A stretch of DNA of 64,000 nucleotides from Carcharhinus longimanus (lineage: Eukaryota), in contig JASCQW010000190.1 of the NCBI GenBank assembly GCA_030264375.1, positions 35,696,279 through 35,760,278 on the forward strand, written 5' to 3'. Of the stretch, positions 38,261 to 51,399 are shown piece by piece; position 1 is the first letter of the stretch, and the number at the start of each line of letters is the position of its first letter. Position numbers and translations under genes: made by a program. Below the pieces are notes generated by a model. The model worked only from the letters and a program-made list of their open reading frames with translations, was not told the DNA's origin and searched no databases.

Positions 38261-38537
38261 ATGATGACTCTATTTCTTTCTGCATCACTCCCACCCTATA
38301 TTTTAGAGGAGGGAATGCCACCTTACAGTAAGAAATGCATGCCACTTTAAACAGACTGACTGCCAGCAATTGTACTGCAGCTATAGTTCAGTGCAAAATG
38401 GGAAAACTGCTAAGGAGATTAGAATGAGGGAGGGAGATAATATTTCCTGGGTCTGCATCCATCTGTAGCATATGTGATTTGAATTGTCAGAAGGACTTGA
38501 TTTTCAACCTCACTGGGGTCGGGATCAGGAGCAAGCA

Positions 38538-38765
38538 GGGTGGCACAGTGTTTAGCACTCCTGCCTCACAGTGCCAGGGACCTGGGTTCAATTCTGGCTT
38601 TGGGTGACTGTGTGGAGAACATTTTTCCCGTGTCTGTATGGGTTTCCTCCGGCTGCTCCAGTTTCCTCCCACAGTCTAAAAATCCATGGGTTAGGTGGAT
38701 TGGCCATGTTAAATTTGCCCTTAGTGTCCCAAGCTGTGTAGGTTAAATGGATTAGCCATGGCTGA
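38538..38765 (+). mobile_element. V-SINE, 3' truncated
   Basis: Head and V-domain match. Confidence 0.88.
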
Positions 38766-38859
38766 GTCTTCATGAACAACCTCAGGCTCAGTGACATCAA
38801 TGCTTCCTAACACCCTTATTGGTATGTGGCTATTATGCGAAACTAGGTATTTTTAGAAG

Positions 38860-39140
38860 ATTATTTATTAGCCACAACTAGGCTTATGTTAACATTGCAA
38901 TGAAGTTACTGTGAAAACCTCTAGTTGCCACACTCTGGCGCCTGTTCTGACACAGCAAGGGAGAACTTAGCATGGTCAATGCACCTTAACCAGCATGTCT
39001 TTTGGACTGCGGGAGGAAACTGGAGCACCCGGAGGAAACCCACACAAACACGGTAGAACATACAGACTCCACACCTGAATCAAACTCAGGTCCCTGGTGC
39101 TGCGAGGCAGCAGTGCTAATCACTGTGCCCCATGCCACCC
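38860..39140 (-). mobile_element. V-SINE, tail B
   Basis: Canonical reverse complement. Confidence 0.9.
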
Positions 39141-39714
39141 ACATTGTGCTGTGTACACTGAAATTTAACAGAATTTATGCCAAATGAAATAATATACATC
39201 TATGGGCGTAAATTGGCCCTGTCAGGTATTTTTCACTGCTCAAAAACACAAATGCAAAAGCACTGGCCTAGGGTCCGATCAATGTTGGTAAAATACTGGT
39301 AGCACTGCAAAATGGACTGAGTGGAACATTAATTTGGACAAATTGGCTGCCCGTCTCCTTGGAGTGGGCAGCTAAGGTGGTTCCCAACATCCCCCACCCC
39401 CCAAACCCACCCACCCTCTCCTCTGCGAGAACATCCAGTAGAGGTGGGAATACATTATGGAACGGTCCCAATGCAGTTCCTACTATCTTCTCTGTGATCC
39501 TGCCTCCAATCCAGTCTCCATCATCTATGGAGAAATGAGGAAGTTAAGATAGTATTAAAGTAAAAGAAACAGCACACAATTCTGCAGAGGTTGGTGGTAG
39601 GTCTGAGGATTGGATATATTTTAAGAACCAGTACAGGAAAACTCACGGTGAAACTTTCCATTCTGTGCACCATGTGCTGTGGCTGGCATGAGAAGCAGTG
39701 TAAAAATGAGATGC

Positions 39715-39925
39715 TCTCTTTTAAGACAGAGATGAGGAGAATTTTCCTCTCTCAGAAGATCATTAGTCTGTGGAATTCTCCCTAGAAAGCAGTAGAGGCT
39801 GCGTTATTGAATCTATTCAAGGCAGTGTTAGATAGATAGGCTAGAGGGCTAAAGGGTATGGTGGGGGGAGGGGATGCAGACAGGAAAGTAGAGTTGAGGC
39901 CACAGTCAGATCAGCCATGAACTTC
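39715..39925 (+). mobile_element. CR1 3' fragment
   Basis: TTTAAGACAGAGATGAGGAGAA..CAGATCAGCCATGA, like 31160-31360. Confidence 0.8.
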
Positions 39926-40519
39926 AAACCATGATCGCTACCATCTGGGATGAGGGCAGCACGCACATGGGAACACCAACGCCTGGAAGTTGCCCTCTGC
40001 CTGATCAAGATACCAGAGAGCTGCCAACCGCCATGGAGCTGCATCTCTGCATGAGGAAACAAAAGATAGGAGTAAAGGAAAGAAAATTAAAAAATAAAAC
40101 ACTCGATAATATTTTTCCCTTGAAATTTTGTTAAACAGTTTTTAAAACTAAATCTAAATGTAAAATTATCTTGACCAATCTTCTGTTATAAAATGCTACG
40201 GCATTTTTAATAAGCGTCATCATTAAAATAAATGCAGAATATATATAAAATGTTAAAAATTACAGCCTCCTGTATGCTAATTTTTATTGTAATAAATCAC
40301 TTTCAAAGATCTTTTAATTACATTGTCACTCATTTATCGGATGATATTAAAACATGCTGTTGTATGTATTGATTTTTCTCTGGGTTTCAGACAATGCCTG
40401 AAGGACTGGGTGGGAAACATCTAGTGGTATGACACATTGCATCCAGAAAAGACATCACTTAATAAATGATAGAAGTGTTCATGGCCTACTAATCTCAATG
40501 TGTGAAATAAACGTACTGT

Positions 40520-40688
40520 TTAAGATGGAGTGGCAAAATAATCTGTTTCTGGATAGCCAGTGAAATTGTGGGTCTAATCAAAAAGAAAAAAGAGGCATAC
40601 GTAAGGTCCAGGCAGCTAAAAACAGATGGAGCACTGGAGGAATACAGAGAAAGTAGAAAAGAGCTCAAACAGGGAATTAGAAGGGCAA
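40520..40688 (+). mobile_element. CR1 ORF2 fragment truncated by gap
   Basis: 'LIKKKKEAYVRSRQLKTDGALEEYRESRKELKQGIRRA'. Confidence 0.85.
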
Positions 40689-40788
40689 NNNNNNNNNNNN
40701 NNNNNNNNNNNNNNNNNNNNNNNNNNNNNNNNNNNNNNNNNNNNNNNNNNNNNNNNNNNNNNNNNNNNNNNNNNNNNNNNNNNNNNNN

Positions 40789-41012
40789 TTGAGGGAGAGA
40801 TTATTGTTGCTGCACCAGTTCACCAGGTTCTCTATCTCATTCCTGTACTCTGTCTTGTCATTGTTTGAGATCTGACCCACTACGGTGGTGTCGTCAGCAA
40901 ACTTGAAAATCCAGTTGGAGGGGAATTTGCCACACGGTCTTCAGTGTATAAGGAGTATCGTAGGGGGCTGAGAACACAGCCTTGTGGGACACCCCTATTG
41001 AGGATGATTGTG
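40789..41012 (-). mobile_element. Rex1/Babar RT fragment
   Basis: Minus strand 'KFADDTTVVGQISNNDKTEYRNEIENLVNWCSNNNLSL'. Confidence 0.88.
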
Positions 41013-41434
41013 GATCATCCCACTTTCCTGAGGATCTTGATCCTCTTGGTCCACCGTCTTGTTCTGGAAAGCTACTGATGTCAGCAATGATTTAAAACCA
41101 TGAGCCTCCTGAGGTACTGGTGCTCAGACATGTCAAGAAAGTTGATCCACTGCTTGTAGACAATGTGATGGGCATCTCACTTCCTTGGAGCTGGATCTCA
41201 GTGTCCATTCTCTCTGCCCTGTTTGAATGACATGTTGCTGAGGAGAAGCAGTGAGTGTTGTTGTTGGTGCTGTTTCTGTTGCTGCTGCTGGGTGTTAGAA
41301 TTGCTGCTCCTCTGGTTCCTCATCTGAGGTCCAAGATAGATCTGCAAAAGTTGCTCCCATGCTATAGAGAAGACTGGCAGCAGGAAAATACGGCTGAAGG
41401 TGAGTGAAGAGCAAGATAGCTAAAGTATTTAAAA

Positions 41435-41620
41435 AATCATTCATGGGATTTGGTTGCTATTTGCTAGGCCAGCATTTTATTGCCCATCCCTAGAGAAGAT
41501 GGTTGTGAGCTGCCCTCTTCCTTGCGATGTAGATACACCACACTGCTGTCTGGAAAGGAATTCAAGGTCTTTGACCCAGCAATGGTAAAGGAACAGCGAT
41601 ATAATTCAAAGTCAGGGTAA
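41435..41620 (-). mobile_element. LINE 3' end (same family as 15905)
   Basis: GGCCAGCATTTTATTGCCCATCCCTA..GTGAGCTGCC. Confidence 0.65.
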
Positions 41621-42817
41621 GAGTTTGGTAATTATCTGCCACGTACAGGAAGTACATTATCAGAAGCCTCTCACCGGGAATGAGTTGGGGCTCTTCAGTT
41701 TCACTGTTTAAAGATTTCCTAGCCTGTCAGTTTTACCGAAGGTGTCCTGCTCTTTGTGCACTCACCTCATTTATCATGGCAAGTTGATGGCAGCTCAGGA
41801 ATAGATGCATTGGAAGCCTGAATGGTTAGCAAAAGTAGCAGTTAATAACCTATTTGAATGTTTTAATTTCTGGTGTTGGTAGGGGAAGTAAAGGGTTGGG
41901 GGAGAAGTTGGGGTGGGGGGGGAAGGTTGGTGTTCATTGGGGGTGGGCACGATTGGGGGGTTACTTGTTCCCACTTGGTGGTCCTTCCTGGGGTGATGGT
42001 CATGGTGGGGAGGTGGTGGTACGCTGCACACCTGTAAACCCATCCAGGTGAAACTTAGAAGTGGATGGAATAATGTTGTGATCATTGTGAGGAAGTTTAA
42101 TTTTCTACACCCACCTGAATCTGATTATCCTTTTCATTGCACAATTGTTAAATTATTTCAGGAGATTTACAATTGGTTTTGATTAGTTATTAGCTAGTTT
42201 ATTAGTTATATATATTGGATGGAATGATGTCAATTGGCCAAGAAAACTGGTACCCAGTATTGGCAAGCTGTTGGGGTTTCAACTTGGCAAACAAGAAGTG
42301 ACGGCCTTTGGTATGTTTATGCCCAGATATACATCTGGATCATCAGCTGAGACGTCTCAAGTAGATTATAAACAGCTTTGAAAGTGACAAGTTGGCCGAA
42401 GTTATGGCAAGAAATTGGAAGCAAAGTCTACATATGCAGAAATTTTGTGTCTGGCAATAAGATGTGAGAGATTGTGTATAGTCCAAAACTGAATGATGAA
42501 AGACTTTAATTTTCCCAGAAAATGGCCTGAATTATGTGATTACCAAAAGTCTCAGTTAAAATCCCAGAATCCTGTACAATATAAAGGGGAATTTCATCAG
42601 CTGCACTGATTCCCGACATAGGAAGGACCAGAAAACCCCAGTCAATGTCCCTGGTTATAATTTAATAATTCTCTGTGACAATGTTGACTTGGTATGCAGT
42701 TATATACTCTGCCACATACTTTGCGGCTGACCACTTAAGGTCCTCGGTTGGCCTAAGGACAGGAAGGCCAACTACCAATTTCTTTGCTGCTGCTAAAATG
42801 CCCGTGGCAGCAGAGCT

Positions 42818-43193
42818 GATAGAATCATAGAATCCTTGCAGTGCAGAAGGAGGTCATTTAGCCCATTGAGTCTGCAGCAACTCTCTGACAGAGTATCTTG
42901 CCCAGGCCTGCTCCTCCGCCTAATCCCTGTAATCCCATGTGTTCACCATGGCCAATCCCATCTAACCTACAAAGCTGGGGGTACTAAAGGGCAAATTAGC
43001 ATGGCCAATCCACCAAATCTGAGCATCTTTGGACCGTGGGAGGAAACTGGAACACACCCGGAGTAGGCCAGAGAAAAGCCATGCAGACACAGGGAGAATG
43101 TGCAAACTGCAAGTCACCCAAGTCCAGAATCAAACCCAGGCCCCTGGTATTGTGAGGAAGCAGCACTAACTGCTGTGTCACTGTGGCGCCCAA
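42818..43193 (-). mobile_element. HE1/V-SINE, tail A
   Basis: (ATAGAATC)n tail and canonical head. Confidence 0.9.
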
Positions 43194-43377
43194 TGCAATG
43201 ATCCCACCTGATTTTATGCAATCCTGCCTTCCTGCACACTCTCTCCTGCCCTGTAAATTCTCAGTCAATGATTTTTGGGAGAAATTGCTGCTTATAAATA
43301 CAACTTACACTTCTTAAATAGATATTCTAATTTCTATGTAGTTTAATCTATGTAAACTCTATAGCACAAAATTAAAC

Positions 43378-43828
43378 AGCTTGGTGTGGCTCCGGCTCTG
43401 ACCAAGAGCACAAGAAGCTACGAAGGATTGTGAACAAAGCCCATTCATCATTCAAACCAACCTCCCATTCATTGACTCTGTCTACACTGCCTTGGAAAAG
43501 CAGCCAGTATAATCAAGGACCCCACATACCCAGGACGTTCTCTCTTCCACCTTCTTTCATCGGGAAAAAGGTACAAAAGTCAGATCAAGTACCAATGGAT
43601 TCAAGAACAGCTTCTTCCCTGCTGTCATCAGGCTTTTGAATGGACTTACCATATGTTAGGCTGATCTCTCTCTACACTCTAGTTGTGACTATAAGGCTAT
43701 ATTCTGCACCTTCGCCTTTCCTTCTCCCCTACATACTCTACGAACAGTATGCTTTGTCTGTGTAGTGTGTAAGAAGCAATACTTTTCATTGTATCCCAAT
43801 TCATGCCACAATAATAAATCAAATCAAA
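43378..43828 (+). mobile_element. Rex1/Babar LINE 3' end
   Basis: Reverse complement of the 9464 and 30436 copies; ends AATAAATCAAATCAAA. Confidence 0.88.
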
Positions 43829-43935
43829 TATGTTCAACTGCAATGAAAATATTGTTGGGAAGCTACAGCATATATACTGAACTGTCTCTATTTAAATGTT
43901 TAAATCAAAAAGAATCTAAATTTGAGATGATCATT

Positions 43936-44071
43936 AAAATTTATTTATGAACGTTACAAGTAGGCTTATATTAACATTGCAATGAAGTTACTGTGAAAAT
44001 CCCCTAGTCGCCGCACTCCGCTGCCTGTCCAGGTACACTGAGCGAGAGTTTAGCACGGCCAATGCACCTAA
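43936..44071 (-). mobile_element. V-SINE tail B fragment
   Basis: Tail B only, ending at the LTR boundary. Confidence 0.85.
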
Positions 44072-44073
44072 TG

Positions 44074-45039
44074 TGTTATATAAAAATATTAATTTATGAT
44101 GTCATGACTGGACATACATACGTATTGGACCTTTTTGGAAAAGAACAGTTTTCCTAAGCAAAGGATATTGGTCTATAGCAGCTATTATCTTGCATTTGTG
44201 AAGAACACAAATTGGTTTAATGGATATACTGGCCCTGATTTTACTGGCAAGGCCGCCCCTGAAGTTGGGGCGGGCGAGGCTCGTAGAACAGCATCTCCCG
44301 TTATCCTCAGGCACAATCTTACCAGCCTCGGGCAGCTGTGCCAATAAAATCAGGGCAATCGAGTCTATGGAGCTGTCAGGGAAAGGTCATGTGACACCCA
44401 TCTTGGGTGAACAGATACTGTTTTTTTGTATAGTCAGAGAGAGACTGCCATATGGGCAACAGCTTTACCCATCTCTCTTTTATCTGAAGCTGCCCTCATC
44501 TAAACTAAGCCGTTTGCGTTTTGAAAAACCCTCCAGAAGACCTCATGGCTATCAAACCAAGAGTTTTTAAAGTAGAATTTTGAAGCAACACCATTGTCTC
44601 CAATGAGAGACCCCAAAAATCATCAGCTACTGTGGGAAGGAACCCTTCAGTTGTATAAAAGCCTCTGGACATCGTGTTAATAATTTTTTCTGCTTGTTAC
44701 TTAGCCAAGTTTTAAAGACTTGATTCTCTTCAGGGTTTTTTTTTGCCTGCTTGGGTGGTTTCCATCTAGTTATTTTGCAATAATGGGTAGTTGGACATTC
44801 TTGTACATTTTAAATCTTTAGTTAATAATTTTTGCATCTTTATTTGAGTGAGTTTTAGCAATAAAACTAACTCTTTTTAACTTAAGGAACCTGCTGGGCT
44901 TATTTCTTGCACTAAGAACAGTTGAACATGTGTATTAAATTAGCAATATCACCTCCCTTTGATATTCAAACACTGCTTTAACCAACTCAAGAGTGGGACA
45001 AAGAGGAGTTACTTCACCCCTGCTGACCTGGTCATAACA
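44074..45039 (+). mobile_element. Solo LTR with nested palindromic MITE (44231-44356)
   Basis: TGTTAT..ATAACA termini, TATAAAA near 44654, AATAAA near 44860; nested TIR GCCCTGATTTTACTGGCA..TGCCAATAAAATCAGGGC. Confidence 0.7.
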
Positions 45040-45054
45040 ATATGTTCAGCTGTA

Positions 45055-45450
45055 TAAAGGCCTGATCGGACCATCTGGGCATCTCCCCTTAGGAAGACTG
45101 TATTGACTTTAGAGGGAAAGCAGCATAAATTTAGGTACCTGGATTTCAAGGCTTAAACCATAAAGAGGGATTAAGCAACCCTGGATTCCCTCGAGATTAA
45201 AGGGCGATTTGATCAAAGTTTTCAAGATATTAATACAAGCAGACAGGGTGGAGAGAGAAAAACTGCTTCTAATGTTTGGGAATCTAAAACTGGGGAACAT
45301 TGTCTACAAAATTGAAGGCAGACCTTTGTGAAAATGAAACATCCCCACAAACAAATGATGGTCAATGTTTGGAGCTGTCTTCTGCAAACAGCAACCGACA
45401 CTAGATCAATTGTCGATTTTAAATCTGAGGTCCATCGACAGGCTTTTGTT
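45055..45450 (+). mobile_element. Old CR1 3' fragment
   Basis: 'RLKGDLIKVFKIL' motif. Confidence 0.7.
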
Positions 45451-45718
45451 AACGAAGAAATGATCCACTGAAACATTAATCTATCTTTCTCTCTTTACAG
45501 ATGCTAATATCCTGCAGTGCATTACCACTATTTTCTGCCCTTTTTTGGATCTCCAGGTCTTTTTCTCTGCTTTATGTAAACGATTGACACTTCTTGCCAT
45601 CAATCCAATCCACATTGTGTAGCCAACCATCAGTTCTTAGGCTGTGAGCCAATGGACTGCAAGTGAAAATCCCGTAATGGCTGTTAAATCTCATGAGAGG
45701 CTGAAAACAGGATTTGTT

Positions 45719-46773
45719 GGGCGAGATCTCAGAACGAGATCTTCTCGCCCAACCTCCAATGATGTGACCAGGTTCACGCCTAGGAAGGGTGTGAATTTGA
45801 TTTGCAAAGATTAGCATATATTATAATGTAATTAAGGGGCTTCACATCACAACACCCAGCCTCTCTGTATTCTCCCACTCAGCCGGCATGATGTTTTCAA
45901 AAATGAAAACCAGCCGTGATGACCACACCAGGGGTGCCCAGGTATGTATAGCTCTTGGGTGGGCAAGGGTATATCCAGGCTGTAGTCTGGCATTGCCCCT
46001 GGTATCTTGGCACTGCTCCCTGGCAGTGTCAAGCTCCAGTTGGGAAAGGGGGAGGAGTACCCTTTCTGTATGGTGGAAGGGGGAGAAGTGTGCCGATGTC
46101 TTTGTGGGAATGGGGGTGGGGGGGATGTGANNNNNNNNNNNNNNNNNNNNNNNNNNNNNNNNNNNNNNNNNNNNNNNNNNNNNNNNNNNNNNNNNNNNNN
46201 NNNNNNNNNNNNNNNNNNNNNNNNNNNNNNNNNNNNNNNNNNNNNNNNNNNNNNNNNNNNNNNNNNNNNNNNNNNNNNNNNNNNNNNNNNNNNNNNNNNN
46301 NNNNNNNNNNNNNNNCTGGCTTTCTTAGGCCATGCCCCTCCAGCTGACTGTGTGATTCCACTTTCCATTTGAAATTGTGCAGAGTGTTGTTCAATATGGG
46401 GTGGCACAGTGGCACTGTGGTGAGCTCTGCTGCCTCACAGCACCAGGGACCTGGTAGAGTTTGCACATTCTCCCATGTCCACGTGGGTTTCCTCTAGATG
46501 CTCCGGTTTCCTCCCACAGTCCAAAGATGTGCAGGTTGGGTGCGTTGGCTATGCTAAATTGCCCCTGGTGTCAGAGAATTAGAAGGGTAAATATGTGGGA
46601 TTATGAGAATAGGGCCTGGGTGGGATTGTGGTTGGTGCAGACTCAATGGACCAAATGGCCTCCTTCTGCATTGTAGGGATTCTATGATTCTATGGTAAGA
46701 AAAGCTGGCTGGACAGCCTGAGCTTCACACTGGTTTCCTCACCTGCGCTAATTTTTTTGGGAAGATTCCACCC
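45719..46773. mobile_element. GGGC..CCC-type non-autonomous element (gap and SINE inside)
   Basis: Internal GGGTGCCC/GGCACTGC motifs like the 3983 element; end GGGAAGATTCCACCC. Confidence 0.5.
46398..46694 (+). mobile_element. HE1/V-SINE, tail A
   Basis: Canonical, (ATTCTATG)n end. Confidence 0.92.
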
Positions 46774-48624
46774 TTAGAATCAAGTTGACCCTGACATACT
46801 GAGAAAATCATTGCTAATGAATACAAGTCAATGGATATGGAGGGTGGGGCACAGAGCACCCATGGTTAGGAAAACATTCAAAAGCTTGACTGTTATCAGG
46901 AATTCACACTACCTTTCACTTCACCATCAGCAAGAATAGTTTAGGTCTTGTGTAGGTTGACTTTGATTTAACTGATAGCTTTTGAAAGTTTTAAGTAATG
47001 TGCATTCACATAACAAATGCCTTTTTTAGTACCCAGTGGTCAAAGTTCAGCTACCCCAGGATGCTGATTTTTGAAAATGTTATTTATGTACCTTTCATTG
47101 GTTTTCAGAGAGAAGATGAAGATTCAATTTGTCTTTATTCATCCAGTCGTTCAAGCAACAGATTGCCTAATAAATATTCAATTAAACATCAGCGTTTTGC
47201 AACTAAATATTGCAAGAATTTTAACCTAAAACAGCAAAACCTTGAAAATATTTTAATTATATGAGTTAAGCAGTCGAGTAGCATTTAACATAAGTTGGAC
47301 AAGATCATTTATAACAGTAAATATGTTGTATTGTCAATGAGAAACATAAGAAATTGGAACCAATAGGATAAAAATAAGGACAAAAGACCAATAAATAGAT
47401 ACTGCTCAAAAAAATTAATCCACAACAATTATGAAGTTAAAACTAGGAAAGCCTGTTGAATTTACATCATGTGGAAATACCGTTTTCAGAGCTTGTTTGT
47501 TTTTTCCTTTTCTCTGATGAAACTTTCTACATAGTGTTCTGCGAACAATGTAAAATCAAATGCAAGTTTTTCCTTTCTTTTGGGATATTTCAGCTGGAAA
47601 TGACATAAAAGGCCACATGGCATTTCACTACAGAAAGGGTGGTGCAGGTAATTTTAAATTCTTGCGCTTATTTAAGCTTATTCCAATTCTCGTGAAAAAT
47701 AATTTGCCATCTGTTGATGCTCTTAAATCACCATTCTGACAGAGTTTTATGGCATTCTAACACATGGTGTTTAAACCAAACACAAATGGAGTGGCAAGGT
47801 TCATGAGTAGCATTACCATACTGTTAGGTTAAACAATCTGAATGTACCTTAACCCTTTGCATGCTAATGAGAGATTGTATTGTTATGAAAGTAATGTGTG
47901 GACCTACTTTTGAAATACTGTTCCTTTTATAAACAGGGTGCCACTTCAAAGCTTTGGGATGTTGAGTTAAAATGTGTTCTCAAGTGTAGAAAAGTACCCA
48001 GCCTATTATCTGCGTTAAACTCCTACTGGATATATAAATAAAACAGTGCTCCTGGAGCACCCTGTGCCATCTGTTCCTTTTCAGCTGTGTCCTGCTGTGT
48101 ACTCTTTGTGCTCTTTCTGGAAGTTAATCTCCATTCTGGTATTTTCAGGATTTTAGTTTGGCCTCTTTATACCCAAAGAGCAACCACATGGCACGCATTT
48201 GAAACTTATTAGCTTTCGGGATAAAGGATTCAAGACCACAAGAATTGAAAACACAAGCAAAAATAACCATCAAAAGACACATACTAAGTAGTTGTTACAT
48301 CAAGAATAATGAATACCTAGGAATGTTCATAAAGCTGCAGGTTACATCCATCAATCAAGTTCTGTGAATATGTACTTTTGGGGGTAGATGCAACTTCATT
48401 ACTGTGGTTCTTTGTGGTTACAGTACTTGCAAACAAATGCTGGAAATCCTGTCTTTATATGAAGTTCTTCTCATTGACAAGAGTAATCTATAGAAGATTA
48501 GATCACACGTTGGTATCTTTCTATTTAAAATAATTACTGTTTCAATTGTCAGGCCAATTTACTTCCTGACAGTTTCAGTATCAGCAGTGGCTGTCTGTGT
48601 CTACTCCCAGATCCTAAATATAGA

Positions 48625-48790
48625 AATATAAAAAAAAGTAGCATGAGTAGGCCGTTCGGCCCCTCTAGCCTGCTCCACCCTTCATTTTGTTCATGGCTAA
48701 TCATCAAATTCAATATCCTGATCTCACCTCCCTCTTCATATCCTTTGATCGCTTTAGTCCTTGGAGTCATTTCTAATTTCTCCTTCTGAT
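48625..48790 (-). mobile_element. CR1 3' tail
   Basis: GAGTAGGCCGTTCGGCCCCTCTAGCCTGCTCC..CATGGCTAATC. Confidence 0.8.
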
Positions 48791-49619
48791 GACATTTAAA
48801 CATGGATTAACACCAGCAAACTAATATAATATTCAGTTAAATACTGCAAAATTCTGTCGGTAAAATATTTTGCTTCAGCAGTGCTGCATGTTAATTTATT
48901 GTGTGATACTCTGAATTTGAAGCATTCAGAAGTAGCTGCAGAAGTAGTGGAACATATGTTTGTTAATTCTGGATATAATTCTAAAACTTATTGAATTAAA
49001 AGACTTCAAGGAATGCATTCTGGTGCTCATCAGGGAGGGATCTGTCAGCACTGTGTTAGCCATGTACATTCAGAATGCTGTTCAGAGACTAATGTCTGAT
49101 GGTGATCAGGTTCAGCTGATGCCAATATCCTGATCTTAGATGTCTCTAGGAAACCTTGTGGCATGTTTGGTTCTGAAAGGAGGTGATTGTTACACAAAGC
49201 TCATGGAAGCAGCAAACCTCAGGTAGTTTCTGTCTGTTCTCTTTTATTTTTCTCAAACTACCAGTTCAAGGTCTTCATGTGCCTCTTGTGTTGAAATCTA
49301 CTGTAGGTAAGGATGTTCTGACTTAGGGATTCTGCCGATAGCAGTGTCAATCTCCGCATAAAACAGTTTTCTTTCACCTCTGTGGAGAAAAGTGTTGGAG
49401 CATAGAGGTTAACTGACCCTGTTTGAACTGAGAGACGGATGAAGTGGTCACATTTTGAACTATTTGTGGGTGATTCTGTCATCGAGAGTAGTGAGTTCCT
49501 TCCACAAAGCCTATACATTACTCACGTGTTTCCTTTGAACTCTCACCTTCCAGATGAACACTTTTCTTTCAGTGAAATGCTCTTGGAAAGCCTGATTCCT
49601 TATTGAGAAGCTACAAGCT

Positions 49620-50215
49620 ACTGGCAGCTATCAGTGGTCATTCTTGTTTGAACATCAGTCATACTGCTTACCCAGTTAAAAGCCAACAGCTTCTTGAATC
49701 AAGTGCTCTCTGACATTCCCACACAGAATGCAGAAGCAAGATGGGACATATTTCAAGACACCATCTACAATGGACACTCTCTACATATGGGAAACATGAG
49801 TGAAAAAGTGCTAACAGGTTCAGGGCTCAATCCATTGTGATCTTCCCTATTATTCTCATTAATTCCAAGAGTGAGAAGATCCTGAAAGCCTTTCAAAGTA
49901 AAATCCAACCAATTGCTAGGCAATGTGTCAATGGAAACTGTTTACAACTTTGCCAGAATATCCAGATGTACTTCCAAAATAGGAAATAGTAGGGGAAAGT
50001 ATGAAGGGATCAAAAAGGCAACAGGTCCATCAGCAAAGAAAATAGCTCCATTGGAAACAAATTGGGAGACCAACACTGACTCCGATAAACAGTTGAAGAG
50101 ATGGGAGGAACACCACCTTGAGTTGTACACTAGCTCTGGACACCATAGAATACCTGGCTGTAATGACAGAGTGGGATATCAAACTCAAAATAAAGGAGAT
50201 TAGTGAAGCTATTAA
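49620..50215 (+). mobile_element. Decayed RTE-like LINE ORF2 fragment
   Basis: 'YEGIKKATGPSAKKIAPL..TDSDKQLKRWEEHHLELY'. Confidence 0.7.
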
Positions 50216-50216
50216 C

Positions 50217-50525
50217 TCGGTGCTGGGTCCACTGTTATATGTCATTTATATTAATGATTTGGATGAGAATTTAGGAGACATGGTTAATAAGTTTGCAGAT
50301 GACACCAAGATTGGTGACATAGTAAACAGTGAAGAAGGTTATCTAGGATTGCAGCTGGATCTTGATCAATTGGGCCAGTGAGCTGACGAATGGCAGATGG
50401 AGTTTAGTTTAGATAAAAGTGAGGCGATGCATTTTGGTAGATTGAACCAGGGCAGGATTTACTCAGTTAATGGTAGGGCTTTGGGGAGAGTTACAGAAAA
50501 AAGAGGTCTAGGCATTCAGGTTCAT
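50217..50525 (+). mobile_element. CR1 RT fragment
   Basis: 'SVLGPLLYVIYINDLDENLGDMVNKFADDTKIG'; same subfamily as 1427-1912. Confidence 0.92.
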
Positions 50526-51399
50526 CATTTTGGCTTCATCCAACTTAATCCACATTTTGACGTCAGTGATTTGACACTCAATGAGCTGATTCGCTTATGA
50601 ACACAAAAAGCCAGAGTTCCACGCATTTTAGGCAGCCAATGACAATTGACTTTTTGAGACTGCAAGATCAACCTGTTGACTGCCTTTGACTATTCGGAGA
50701 CCACTGTCTTACCGAGGTGGAAGGCTGCTGTTGTATTCATGAACATTTAAAAGTTGAACACTGGCAGAACTTTTATATTTGGACCAGCGAGAACGCTTCT
50801 GAAACCCTGAATGTAAGTGGAAATATATCAGTGTAACATTTCTAGATATTTGGCAAGCAATGTCTGGTTTATTTTGATGCTCTGATCAAAATAAGGGTAA
50901 TTATAGGTGTTTGATGTTGTCACTTTAGTAAATTTGTATGGGGTTTGCTGCTGGCTTTGTGATTGCTGTGTTTTGGAAATCCAGAGAGCTAATTGCCCGC
51001 TGACGCAAGAGTAAATGAAGATGGCTAACTATATAATCAGTCAGGTTCAACAGTACTATGATAAATGCTTCAAAACATGGTGCAAATCTGAGGACTCCCC
51101 ACACATCCTGAAACATAAATTACTAAGGCCATAAATTTCCTGGCCATGGCTGGGTCCCACCAGCAGGAGAGCTGGGAAAAACTGCACTGCTGCAATTCGC
51201 AGAACCTCCAATGGGATTGCATGCCAAAGAGGCAGGTGCTGCCACTCAGTCAGATGGCCAGCAATTCCTCAGTCCCAGCCTTTCCACGAGGGGTGATGAC
51301 CATTGCTGGGACTGCAGGAGGCATGGAGCAGCAGTGGTAGAGGAAGCCCTGACATTAAGGTTTGTTCCATCGCGTGTGTCTGACTTTTGGGATGTCTTC

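Noticed and set aside
40520-41012. CR1/Rex1 chimeric element across the gap
   Set aside because: The two sides are separated by a 100-N scaffold gap of unknown true size
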